A stretch of 64,000 nucleotides of DNA, from assembly GCA_035403225.1 (NCBI GenBank), contig DAONET010000012.1, positions 216 to 64,215 on the forward strand, written 5' to 3'. This document shows positions 55,511 to 64,000 of the stretch, in pieces (the stretch's first letter is position 1; the number at the start of each line of letters is the position of its first letter). Source of the stretch: Bacteroidales bacterium (GTDB lineage: Bacteria > Bacteroidota > Bacteroidia > Bacteroidales > FEN-979). The position numbers and the translations under genes were made by a program. The notes beneath the pieces were generated by a model. It was given only the letters and a program-made list of their open reading frames with translations. It was not told the origin of the DNA and ran no database searches.

Positions 55511-57313
55511 CTACATTCTTTCGGGGACATCGATCCCCAACAAATACATGGCAGAGCGGATAACATTTCCGGTCATCTCCGATAACAACAGGCGAAGCAT
55601 GACTTTCTCCTTCGCTTCTTCCTTTAAGACAGGAATTTCCTGGTAGAAGGTATTGTATTCTTTTGCCAGCTCGTACACATAATTGGCAATGAGAGCGGGG
55701 CTCATTTCTGTACCGGCCTCTTCAACCACAGCAGGGAACTGGTAAATGATCCGCAGCACCTCTTTTTCCTGCTTCAGCAAGCTCCCCTCATCAGGCCCGG
55801 CCAAAGAGTCGGAAGTCAGGTACCCGTTTTCGGCGCCTTTTTTCAAGAGGGAGCGAATGCGGGCGTAAGTATACTGGATAAAGGGTCCTGTGTTGCCGTT
55901 AAAATCGATAGATTCTTTGGGATCGAAGAGCATGTTTTTCCGTGGATCGACTTTCAGAATAAAATACTTCAGGGCGCCAAGACCAAGAACAGAGAAAAGC
56001 TGGCGAGCCTCCTCTTCGGGGAAATCATTGACTTTCCCCAGCTCCCGGGTTGTCTCTTCAGCCGTTGCATACATCTCGTCCATCAGGTCATCGGCATCCA
56101 CCACCGTACCTTCCCTCGATTTCATACGACCTTCGGGCAGGTCAACCATGCCATACGAGAGATGGAACACTTTGCCGGCATAATCTTTCCCCAGTTTATC
56201 AAGGATCAGTTTCAGCACATCGAAATGATAATTCTGTTCATTTCCGACGACATAGATCATTTTTGAAGGATGAAAATCGTCGTACCGGAGTTGTGCCGTG
56301 CCGATATCCTGAGTGATATAAACAGAAGTGCCATCGGAGCGAAGGAGCAGTTTTTGATCGAGTCCTGATGAAGTCAGATCGATCCACACGCTTCCATCGT
56401 CTTTACGAAAAAACACCTTCTTTTCAAGACCTTCCTCCACCAGTTTTTTCCCGAGGAGATAGGTTTCGCTTTCATAGTAAACTTTATCGAAAGAGACGCC
56501 AAGCCGGTTATACGTTGTATCGAAACCCTGGTAGGCCCATCCGTTCATTTTCCGCCACAGACCAATGATTTCGGGGTCTTTCGCCTCCCAGCGACGCAGG
56601 TAATCACGTGCTTCCAGGATCAGTGGCGCCTGTCGCATCGCTTCTTCTTCAACAAGCCCCTTCTCCATCAATCCGAGGACCTCTTCTTTATAATATTTAT
56701 CGAAGATGACATAGTACTTACCGACCAGGTGATCACCTTTCATACCGGAAGATTCCGGTGTTTCTCCTCCGCCCCATTTCACATAAGCGAGCATGGATTT
56801 ACAGATATGAATGCCACGGTCGTTAACCAGGTTGGCTTTCACCACCTTGTAACCGTTGGCTGCCAGTATCCGTGACAGGGAAAACCCGAGGAGGTTATTC
56901 CGGACATGTCCCAGGTGAAGCGGTTTGTTGGTATTGGGAGAAGAAAACTCCAGAACCACAGGCGGCACCTTTTTCTCCGGGTGTAATCCGAAATGCTCTT
57001 GTTGATGCTGTTCTTTCAGGAAGAAGGTCCAGTATGATTCTTTCAGGGAAAGGTTCAGGAAGCCCTTGATGACATTGAAGGAGTCAATCTCTTCGAGGGC
57101 GTTTTCCATATAAGCTCCGATTTCACGGGCCGTATTTTCCGGCGATTTTGATGAGAGCCGGGAAAAGGGAAAAACGACGATGGTAAAATCACCGTCAAAT
57201 TCCTTTTTTGTTTTCTGAATGGATACTGATGTAGTGTCGATCTCCTTGCCGTACAGGTTTTTCACTGCCTCGCAACATGTCACGGCGATCCGTTCTTCAA
57301 TCATGAATAGCAT
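55511..57313 (-). CDS. argS: arginine--tRNA ligase
   Basis: Class I motifs SPNTNKPLHLGHVRN and a KMSK-like MKSREG, plus a DALR-type C-terminus. The start is ATG 57313 or 57304; the track's 57325 TTG lies inside the promoter box. Confidence 0.93.
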   Translation of the reverse strand: MLFMIEERIAVTCCEAVKNLYGKEIDTTSVSIQKTKKEFDGDFTIVVFPFSRLSSKSPENTAREIGAYMENALEEIDSFNVIKGFLNLSLKESYWTFFLKEQHQQEHFGLHPEKKVPPVVLEFSSPNTNKPLHLGHVRNNLLGFSLSRILAANGYKVVKANLVNDRGIHICKSMLAYVKWGGGETPESSGMKGDHLVGKYYVIFDKYYKEEVLGLMEKGLVEEEAMRQAPLILEARDYLRRWEAKDPEIIGLWRKMNGWAYQGFDTTYNRLGVSFDKVYYESETYLLGKKLVEEGLEKKVFFRKDDGSVWIDLTSSGLDQKLLLRSDGTSVYITQDIGTAQLRYDDFHPSKMIYVVGNEQNYHFDVLKLILDKLGKDYAGKVFHLSYGMVDLPEGRMKSREGTVVDADDLMDEMYATAEETTRELGKVNDFPEEEARQLFSVLGLGALKYFILKVDPRKNMLFDPKESIDFNGNTGPFIQYTYARIRSLLKKGAENGYLTSDSLAGPDEGSLLKQEKEVLRIIYQFPAVVEEAGTEMSPALIANYVYELAKEYNTFYQEIPVLKEEAKEKVMLRLLLSEMTGNVIRSAMYLLGIDVPERM

Positions 57314-57322
57314 TGTTTCGGG

Positions 57323-57330
57323 CAAAGGTA
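57323..57330 (-). promoter_or_regulatory. -7 promoter box (TACCTTTG) for argS
   Basis: CAAAGGTA on the plus strand, 10-19 nt upstream of the candidate ATGs. This implies a very short leader. Confidence 0.45.
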
Positions 57331-57395
57331 CGGGATTTCTGAAACTAAGAAATATATTCGCGCTTCACAGAATTTGCCAGTTCGTTAAAAAAGCG

Positions 57396-57403
57396 TAATT
57401 TTG
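57396..57403 (+). promoter_or_regulatory. -7 promoter box (TAATTTTG)
   Basis: TAnnTTTG match 54 nt upstream of the ATG at 57457. Confidence 0.4.
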
Positions 57404-57456
57404 TAAAAAAATAACCAAACAGAACTTCCAAACCAATCATTATAAAGGAGATCAGA

Positions 57457-58800
57457 ATGAAAAAAAACGTGATCATTATTGGAGCGGCCGGGAGGGATTT
57501 CCACAATTTTAATACCTATTACAGAGGTAATCCCGATTTCAACGTAGTTGCTTTTACCGCCGCACAGATTCCCGACATTTACGGGAGAAAATACCCGGCC
57601 GAGCTTGCCGGTAACCTCTATCCCAATGGCATCCCCATTTATGCCGAATCGGAACTTCCGGAACTCATTAAAAAATTTAAAGTCGATGTCTGCAACTTTG
57701 CATACAGCGACGTTCCTTACAAAAGAGTCATGAACATGAGCGCCCTGGTGAACGCCTGTGGTGCAAACTTTGTCCTGCTGGGACCCCGTGACACCATGGT
57801 TACGAGCACCAAACCCGTGATCGCTGTTTGCGCAACCCGTACAGGATGTGGCAAAAGCCAGACTTCCCGGAAGATCATTGAAGTTTTGATGGCAAAAGGG
57901 CTTAAAGTTGTGGCTATCCGTCACCCGATGCCTTATGGCGACCTGGTTGAACAGAAAGTACAACGTTTTGCCACTGTTGAAGATCTTGCCAAGCACAAAT
58001 GCACCATCGAAGAGATGGAAGAGTATGAACCGCATGTTGTCAGAGGCAATGTCATTTATGCAGGGGTTGATTACGAAGCAATCCTTCGCGCTGCCGAAAA
58101 AGATCCCAATGGTTGTGATGTTATCCTGTGGGATGGTGGTAACAACGACTTCCCCTTCTATAAACCCGACCTGATGATCACGGTTGCCGATCCCCATCGT
58201 CCGGGCGCTGAAGTAAGTTATTATCCCGGTGAAGTGAACCTGAGAATCTCCGATGTGGTTGTTCTGAACAAGATCGATTCCGCATGCGCTGAGAACATCA
58301 ACACGGTTCGTCAAAACATTCAGAAAGTCAACCCGACAGCTATTGTGGTTGATGCTGCTTCCCCCATCAGCGTAGATGATCCTTCTCTCATCCGCGGTAA
58401 GAAAGTGCTCGTCATCGAAGACGGTCCCACACTTACCCACGGTGAAATGAAGATCGGAGCCGGTATCGTAGCTGCCCAGAAATATGGCGCTGCCGAACTG
58501 GTTGATCCTCGTCCTTATGTTGTCGGAAAACTGGCCGAAACGTTCAGACTTTACCCGAACATCGGCACTTTGCTTCCCGCCATGGGTTACGGTGATCAGC
58601 AGGTGAAAGACCTCGAAGCCACCATTAATAAGGTACAGTGCGATTCCATCGTTATCGGAACTCCCATCGACCTTAACCGCGTGATCAAGATCAAAAAACC
58701 GAACACGAGAGTGTACTATGACCTCCAGGAAATCGGGACTCCCGACCTTGAAGGAATCCTCTCCGATTTTCTCAAAAAACAAAAAATCAAAACCAAATAG
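57457..58800 (+). CDS. COG2403-type predicted GTPase / cyclic 2,3-diphosphoglycerate synthetase-like protein
   Basis: N-terminus MKKNVIIIGAAGRDFHNFN and a P-loop-like ATRTGCGKSQTS. AAGGAG lies 8 nt upstream of the ATG. The family is assigned from memory of the N-terminal signature. Confidence 0.7.
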   Translation: MKKNVIIIGAAGRDFHNFNTYYRGNPDFNVVAFTAAQIPDIYGRKYPAELAGNLYPNGIPIYAESELPELIKKFKVDVCNFAYSDVPYKRVMNMSALVNACGANFVLLGPRDTMVTSTKPVIAVCATRTGCGKSQTSRKIIEVLMAKGLKVVAIRHPMPYGDLVEQKVQRFATVEDLAKHKCTIEEMEEYEPHVVRGNVIYAGVDYEAILRAAEKDPNGCDVILWDGGNNDFPFYKPDLMITVADPHRPGAEVSYYPGEVNLRISDVVVLNKIDSACAENINTVRQNIQKVNPTAIVVDAASPISVDDPSLIRGKKVLVIEDGPTLTHGEMKIGAGIVAAQKYGAAELVDPRPYVVGKLAETFRLYPNIGTLLPAMGYGDQQVKDLEATINKVQCDSIVIGTPIDLNRVIKIKKPNTRVYYDLQEIGTPDLEGILSDFLKKQKIKTK

Positions 58801-58803
58801 TTT

Positions 58804-58837
58804 AAAAAGGCCGTCGCTCAGCAACGGCCTTTTTTTT
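58804..58837 (+). terminator. rho-independent terminator
   Basis: A5, then GGCCGT-cgctcagca-ACGGCC, then T8. Confidence 0.8.
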
Positions 58838-58844
58838 ATTTTTG
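58837..58844 (+). promoter_or_regulatory. -7 promoter box (TATTTTTG) for pyrBI
   Basis: TAnnTTTG match 22 nt upstream of the ATG at 58866. Confidence 0.4.
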
Positions 58845-58865
58845 TTATCTTCAAAAACGAGTTCA

Positions 58866-59777
58866 ATGAAAAACAGAAGTTTAGTTTCCATCAATGATTT
58901 CACGCGCGAAGAGCATCTCCGGATCCTTGACCTGGCAGGAGCTTTTGAAAAGAACCCCAGGCAACGCATTCTGGAAGACTATGTCGTCGCCACTCTCTTT
59001 TTTGAACCCAGTACACGTACCAGGCTAAGTTTCGAAAGCGCCGCCTCACGCCTGGGCGCACGGGTCATCGGATTTTCCGATACATCCAGCACCAGCACCC
59101 AGAAAGGGGAATCACTGGCCGATACGATCAAGATCGTTTCCAACTACAGCGACATCATCATCATGCGACATCCCCGTGAAGGGAGTGCACGCTATGCCAG
59201 TGAGGTAGCTACCGTGCCTATCGTCAATGCCGGCGACGGAGCTAACCAACATCCTACTCAAACCCTGCTGGACCTTTATTCCATCCGGAAAACACAAGGA
59301 ACCCTCGACAACCTGAACATCGCTTTCGTCGGGGACCTGAAGTACGGACGTACCGTGCATTCACTGGTGATGGCCATGTGCAATTATCACACTACTTTTC
59401 ACCTCGTTTCTCCGGAAGAACTGAAACTTCCCGGCTCAGTAAAAATCCACATTAAAGAGAAAAACCTGGAATATCACCAATATGTCGACATCCTTGACGC
59501 TCTCCCCAACGTGGACATTCTTTATATGACCCGAATCCAGAAAGAACGGTTCTCTGATCCCATGGAATATGAAAAAGTGAAGAACTCGTATATCCTGCGA
59601 AGCAACATGCTCGAAGGCGTTAAACCTAACTTAAAGATCCTCCATCCACTACCTCGCGTCAATGAGATCAATGTTGATGTGGACCACAACAAGGAAGCAT
59701 ATTACTTCACCCAGGCACTCAACGGAGTATATGTCCGCCAGGCCATCCTTGCATCAATCCTGGGCGTTGTCGAATAA
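58866..59777 (+). CDS. pyrB: aspartate carbamoyltransferase catalytic subunit
   Basis: The start is refined to [12 protein letters not shown]. Motifs [17 protein letters not shown] and HPLPR are present. Confidence 0.95.
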   Translation: MKNRSLVSINDFTREEHLRILDLAGAFEKNPRQRILEDYVVATLFFEPSTRTRLSFESAASRLGARVIGFSDTSSTSTQKGESLADTIKIVSNYSDIIIMRHPREGSARYASEVATVPIVNAGDGANQHPTQTLLDLYSIRKTQGTLDNLNIAFVGDLKYGRTVHSLVMAMCNYHTTFHLVSPEELKLPGSVKIHIKEKNLEYHQYVDILDALPNVDILYMTRIQKERFSDPMEYEKVKNSYILRSNMLEGVKPNLKILHPLPRVNEINVDVDHNKEAYYFTQALNGVYVRQAILASILGVVE

Positions 59778-59792
59778 TTAAATCCGAAGAAA

Positions 59793-60263
59793 ATGGAAAA
59801 AGAAGTATTACGAAAAGAATTGAAAGTTTCAGCCATCGAGAATGGAACTGTCATCGACCATATCCCCTCCTCCAGCGTTTTTCAGGTAATCAGGATATTG
59901 AACCTTTCAGAAATCGATAACCAGGTACTGTTTGGGACGAACCTCGAAAGCCGGAAAATGGGCACCAAAGGGATCATCAAAGTAAAAAACAAATATTTCG
60001 CCCCCGACGAAATCAACAAGATCGCGCTCGTGGCGCCGTCGGCCACCATGATCATGATCAAGAATTACGCGGTGGTGGAGAAAAAAAAGATCACGGTTCC
60101 CGACAAAGTCGAAAACATTGTGAAATGTTTTAATCCGAACTGCATCACCAATTATGAACCTATCCCTACCCGGTTTGATGTGGTGGATAAAACTGACCTC
60201 AAGCTTTGCTGTCATTATTGTGAAAAGATAACAGCCAAAGACAACATCACCTTCCTCCCCTGA
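59793..60263 (+). CDS. pyrI: aspartate carbamoyltransferase regulatory subunit
   Basis: LKVSAIENGTVIDHIP N-terminus and a C-terminal zinc site, CFNPNC...CCHYC. Confidence 0.93.
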   Translation: MEKEVLRKELKVSAIENGTVIDHIPSSSVFQVIRILNLSEIDNQVLFGTNLESRKMGTKGIIKVKNKYFAPDEINKIALVAPSATMIMIKNYAVVEKKKITVPDKVENIVKCFNPNCITNYEPIPTRFDVVDKTDLKLCCHYCEKITAKDNITFLP

Positions 60264-60279
60264 ACCGGAGTACGCTGAG

Positions 60280-60903
60280 ATGAAGAGACTCTTGCTATTC
60301 TTGCCGGCCGTGATTCTTTCATTGACCTGTTTGGCACAGGTTGAGGTGACAGATAGTGCACCGTCAAGCGCCATCTCCCGCCCAACCGTCAAAAAATGGG
60401 ACTATGGCGTTCAACTGGGCTCCATGGCTGCCTTTTCCAAGGGATATGGCTCCGAATTCAGCACGTTTGTCTCCCCGCACGTAACGTGGAATTCTTCCAA
60501 CCGGTTCAGCGTTACGGCGGGAATCAGTGTGGTCAGCACTACCCTCTCGGGATATAAGCCCTGGTATTTGATGGAATCGGATAAAGGATACAGCGGGATC
60601 TATTCACAAGCATTAGTATACGTTACGGGACAATACCTGCTGAGCAAAAACCTGCTGCTCAACGGATCCCTGTATGCCGATGTCCCCCTCACCGGGAGCA
60701 CATCTTCAAACCCATACATGACCACCGGTTTTAAAGGAATGTCGATGGATTTGCAATACCGGCTGGGGGAAAATGCAACCATAGAAGCCGGTTTCAATTA
60801 CATGAACGGGCAGGGTCCTTTTTATTCCGATCCGTTCAGCCGATACGGTTCCTCGTTGCATGACCCTTTTCAACCGGGCAATTCAACCTTATTCAACCAC
60901 TGA
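60280..60903 (+). CDS. putative outer-membrane beta-barrel protein (hypothetical)
   Basis: Signal peptide MKRLLLFLPAVILSLTCLAQ, with alternating hydrophobic/aromatic beta-strand-like segments. Confidence 0.6.
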   Translation: MKRLLLFLPAVILSLTCLAQVEVTDSAPSSAISRPTVKKWDYGVQLGSMAAFSKGYGSEFSTFVSPHVTWNSSNRFSVTAGISVVSTTLSGYKPWYLMESDKGYSGIYSQALVYVTGQYLLSKNLLLNGSLYADVPLTGSTSSNPYMTTGFKGMSMDLQYRLGENATIEAGFNYMNGQGPFYSDPFSRYGSSLHDPFQPGNSTLFNH

Positions 60904-60995
60904 ACGGTCCTCTATAAAACCTCCATTTTGATAATGTCTGATTGACAATTGGTCGAAAGACCGGATATTATTCTTCTCTTTTTTGTATTATTGGG

Positions 60996-62072
60996 ATGAA
61001 AAAGAACAGACCTGTGCCATACAAACCCTTAATACAGAAAAAATGGACGAGAATATTGAGTCATGTCATCTTCTGGATATTCATCGTCGGCTTCTTTACC
61101 TTCGTTTTTGGTATCAGAAAAGGAGAAGCGTATCTGAAAGTTACTCAATTGTTGCTCGGGACCCTGCCGGTTGACATACTTTTTACTTACTTCATTCTCT
61201 ACTTGCTGATTCCGAAGTACCTGCTGAAAAAACGTTTTTTCAGTTTTGTCCTCTTTCTGTTCATTTCCTTTTCCATCGTGGTGGTCATTGAATGGACCAT
61301 CAACTATTATGTGATGTATCCCTGGGTATATCCCGATTTTGTTAAATGGAAAAGCCAACTACACTATTTATCAGGAGAAGCTTTCGGGTTATATATTTCC
61401 ATCGGATTCGTGGTATTGCTTGCTTCCACAATTAAACTGCTGAAGCAATGGTTGGAGAGCCAGCAGGGAAAAGCTGACCTGGAGATCCAGAACAGAAAAA
61501 GCGAACTGGCGCTGCTGAAGTCGCAGGTGAACCCGCATTTTCTGTTTAACACCCTGAACAACATCGATGTCCTGATCAGGAAGGATCCTGATAAAGCCTC
61601 CGACTCGGTGATGAAACTTTCGGGCATCATGCGGTATTTCATTTATGAATCGGATACGGAAAAAGTACCGTTGCAAAAAGAAGTGGACTACCTCGAAAGT
61701 TTCATTGATCTCCAACGGTTACGGTATAAGAACACCGGGTTTATCCGTTATCAGAAGACCGGTAATATGGAGGGAATCCTTATTGCGCCCATGCTTTTTG
61801 TGCCATTTGTGGAGAATGCCTTCAAGCATGGAACTCACCGGGAACTGGTACCGGGAATTTCCATCGACCTCTCCGTCACATCCGGAAAAATCAGGCTTGA
61901 TGTATGGAATTACTTCGAAGGAAATGGTTATGGGAACAACCATATCGGACCGGGTATCGGGCTGACGAACGTAAGTAAACGGCTCGAACTGATTTATCCT
62001 GAAAAGCATAAACTGGAGGTTACAAAAGAAGGCGACCGTTTTGTCATCTCCCTTGAAATAGACACAGAATGA
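60996..62072 (+). CDS. LytS/YehU-type sensor histidine kinase (multi-TM N-terminus)
   Basis: The start is refined to MKKNRPVPYKP. About 5 TM helices, His_kinase motif VNPHFLFNTLNNI and an HATPase-like C-terminus. Confidence 0.85.
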   Translation: MKKNRPVPYKPLIQKKWTRILSHVIFWIFIVGFFTFVFGIRKGEAYLKVTQLLLGTLPVDILFTYFILYLLIPKYLLKKRFFSFVLFLFISFSIVVVIEWTINYYVMYPWVYPDFVKWKSQLHYLSGEAFGLYISIGFVVLLASTIKLLKQWLESQQGKADLEIQNRKSELALLKSQVNPHFLFNTLNNIDVLIRKDPDKASDSVMKLSGIMRYFIYESDTEKVPLQKEVDYLESFIDLQRLRYKNTGFIRYQKTGNMEGILIAPMLFVPFVENAFKHGTHRELVPGISIDLSVTSGKIRLDVWNYFEGNGYGNNHIGPGIGLTNVSKRLELIYPEKHKLEVTKEGDRFVISLEIDTE

Positions 62073-62800
62073 AGATCCGTTGTATTGTAGTGGATGATGA
62101 GCCATTGGCAGTGGAAAAGCTGACCGGCTATTTTGAAAGGATGACCCTATTGCAATGTGAAGGCACTTTCGAGAATGCGCTGGAGGCCATGGTATTTCTT
62201 CATTCACATCCTATCGACTTGGTTTTTCTTGATATCCAGATGGAAAAACTGACGGGGATCCAGATGCTGGAAATCATGAAAAACAGGCCCCGGATCATCA
62301 TTACTTCCGCGTATGACAAGTATGCGCTGAAAGGGTATGAACTGGATGTGACGGATTTCCTGTTGAAGCCTATCTCGTTCGAAAGGTTTATCAAGGCAGT
62401 GGACAAAGTAGCGGCCGAAATGATGGCGGAGGCAGAGTCAGTAACCACGGTTGCCGTCCCGGCAGAAGAACTTCCCGACAATGATTTCATCTTTGTAAAA
62501 GCCGATTACCAGATGCAGAAAGTACGGTTAGCGGATATCATTTTCATTGAAGGGATGAAAGATTACCTTCGTATTCATCTCGAAAACTCGCGTATCATGA
62601 CCCTGATGAGCTTTTCGAGGATGGAAAAAGCCCTTCCGTCAAGCCGTTTCAAAAGGATCCACAAATCCTTTATCATCCCTGTGGATAAAATTGACCAGGT
62701 TGAACGGACTGTCGTCACCATCGGATCGCATAAAATCCCTATTGGTAATAAGTACCGGAAAGATTTCTTTGATTTCCTGGAGAAAAACCGGATCGTCTGA
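62069..62800 (+). CDS. LytTR-family response regulator
   Basis: Receiver domain (IVVDDEPLA...LDIQMEKLTG) plus a LytTR domain (FKRIHKSFIIPVDKI). It overlaps the kinase gene by 4 nt. Confidence 0.9.
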   Translation: MKIRCIVVDDEPLAVEKLTGYFERMTLLQCEGTFENALEAMVFLHSHPIDLVFLDIQMEKLTGIQMLEIMKNRPRIIITSAYDKYALKGYELDVTDFLLKPISFERFIKAVDKVAAEMMAEAESVTTVAVPAEELPDNDFIFVKADYQMQKVRLADIIFIEGMKDYLRIHLENSRIMTLMSFSRMEKALPSSRFKRIHKSFIIPVDKIDQVERTVVTIGSHKIPIGNKYRKDFFDFLEKNRIV

Positions 62801-63364
62801 TCACTTCAGTTCCCGATATCGGTAACAGTGAACCAGGTGATCATTCACCATGCCGGCTGCCTGCATGTATGCATAACAAATGGTACTGCCCACGAACTTA
62901 AAGCCGCGTTTTACCAGGTCTTTGCTCATATTGTCCGATTCGAATGAACGGGGTGGCAATTCAGCCAATTTTTTCCAGTGGTTCAATACTGGTTCATGGT
63001 TCACAAACTTCCAGATATAGTGGTCGAAAGAACCGAATTCGCGCTGCACCTCCATGAATCGCCCGGCATTGTTCACCGTAGCCAGGATCTTGGCCTTGTT
63101 GCGAATAATCCCAGCATCCCCGAGCAATGAAGTGATCTTTTCTTCATCGTACTTCACGATCAGGCGATAATCGAAATCATCGAAGGCCTTTCGAAAGTTC
63201 TCCCGTTTATGGAGGATTGTTTTCCAACTTAACCCTGCCTGAAAGGAATCCAGAACGATGTACTCGAAATGTTTCCGGTCATCATGTACCGGGACGCCCC
63301 ATTCTTCATCATGATACCGGATCATCAGCCGATCATCCGAAGGCCATTCACAAGAATTTTTCAT
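62801..63364 (-). CDS. tag: DNA-3-methyladenine glycosylase I
   Basis: The start is refined to MKNSCEWPSDD. Motifs YHDEEWGVP and LDSFQAGLSW are present. Confidence 0.9.
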   Translation of the reverse strand: MKNSCEWPSDDRLMIRYHDEEWGVPVHDDRKHFEYIVLDSFQAGLSWKTILHKRENFRKAFDDFDYRLIVKYDEEKITSLLGDAGIIRNKAKILATVNNAGRFMEVQREFGSFDHYIWKFVNHEPVLNHWKKLAELPPRSFESDNMSKDLVKRGFKFVGSTICYAYMQAAGMVNDHLVHCYRYRELK

Positions 63365-63510
63365 GACTTCAAAGCTACAAAACAACCTCATTCATCATTG
63401 AAAATTTGCGAACTGTCGTCATTTCTCCGTCCTTCATCCATTTTCATGAGCAGACTCTGAAGTTATATCTACTTTTATACCGGAAGTTCGGAGGATATGC
63501 CGGTAAATCA

Positions 63511-64000
63511 ATGAAAATGAAAGTGCGGGTTATTATTTCGATCCTCATCTTCGGATGCTACATCATCCCTTTGGGAGGAAAGGCCATGAAGACGGGTGTT
63601 GACGGAGGAAACAAAACCGAAGTTCCTTCATGGTATAAGACGGATCTGATTATTGACGGGAGCTGTGCTGACTGGTCATCCCGGATGTTCTATTGTCGTT
63701 TTGATGCGAAAGTGTTTTATGCTGCTGCCAACGACAACTCGCATCTCTTTATTTGTCTGCAAGTGCTGGACCCATCGGAACAATCTGCTATTTTACACGA
63801 CGGACTTGTAATTCGGCTCAATCCGGAGGGGAAGAAGAAGGAAGCATGTTCGGTCCAGCTCACTTGCGGATCTCCCATGTCTATGGGACATGGTCCGGGA
63901 GCCCCGGGGAGTGACCGTCCGGTATTGAGGAGCCATGCGATGAATTCCGCGGTCGGTATAAAGTTGGAAGGATTCCGGGAAGGTGATCACACCGGTGTTC
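63511..64000 (+). CDS. secreted hypothetical protein, 3' end outside window
   Basis: The ORF track misses this gene because there is no stop: my own translation from ATG 63511 is open to nt 64000. It has an N-terminal signal-like segment, MKMKVRVIISILIFGCYIIPLGG. Confidence 0.55.
   Translation, partial: MKMKVRVIISILIFGCYIIPLGGKAMKTGVDGGNKTEVPSWYKTDLIIDGSCADWSSRMFYCRFDAKVFYAAANDNSHLFICLQVLDPSEQSAILHDGLVIRLNPEGKKKEACSVQLTCGSPMSMGHGPGAPGSDRPVLRSHAMNSAVGIKLEGFREGDHTGV

Noticed and set aside
57385-58866. A 493-aa ORF on the minus strand covering the whole COG2403-like gene.
   Set aside because: It lies in the codon-aligned antisense frame of the plus-strand gene (same triplets, reverse complement). 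It therefore stays open simply because the sense gene avoids the TTA, CTA and TCA codons. The plus-strand product has recognisable motifs (GAAGRDFHNF, GCGKS), its own promoter box, RBS and terminator. The antisense product has no motif and odd composition.

Overview
This 64-kb chromosomal segment reads as Bacteroidota. The evidence is four proteins with type IX secretion (T9SS) C-terminal sorting domains, recurrent TAnnTTTG '-7' promoter boxes at the expected distance from gene starts, two LytTR two-component pairs and DUF4199-type genes. It is densely coded: about 58 CDS, one tRNA-Lys(UUU) and the SRP (4.5S) RNA. Most genes are housekeeping: carAB, pyrBI, argS, ffh, folD, queE, kdsA, rarA, tsaC and tag. 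Other modules are a TetR-controlled RND efflux operon, a GDP-heptose (hddA-gmhA-hddC-gmhB) plus glycosyltransferase surface-glycan cluster, a Usp/TPR-adenylate-cyclase pair, M16, M28 and M49-like peptidases, and a tandem pair of paralogous T9SS cargo genes. I saw no CRISPR array, transposase, integrase or phage genes. I cannot point to a clear-cut undescribed system. The best candidates are: (1) a translationally coupled wHTH / AbiEii-like nucleotidyltransferase / metallophosphoesterase trio in a low-G+C patch, truncated by the 5' window edge; (2) a dinB-dnaE2 mutagenesis cassette divergent from an XRE-HTH/S24 LexA-like repressor, with a palindrome over its promoter; (3) a perfect 16-bp direct repeat with 21-bp phasing upstream of a LytTR operon; (4) the diverged tandem T9SS paralogs, which keep a 32-nt identical core. 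All family names come from motif recognition by eye; no database search was run.
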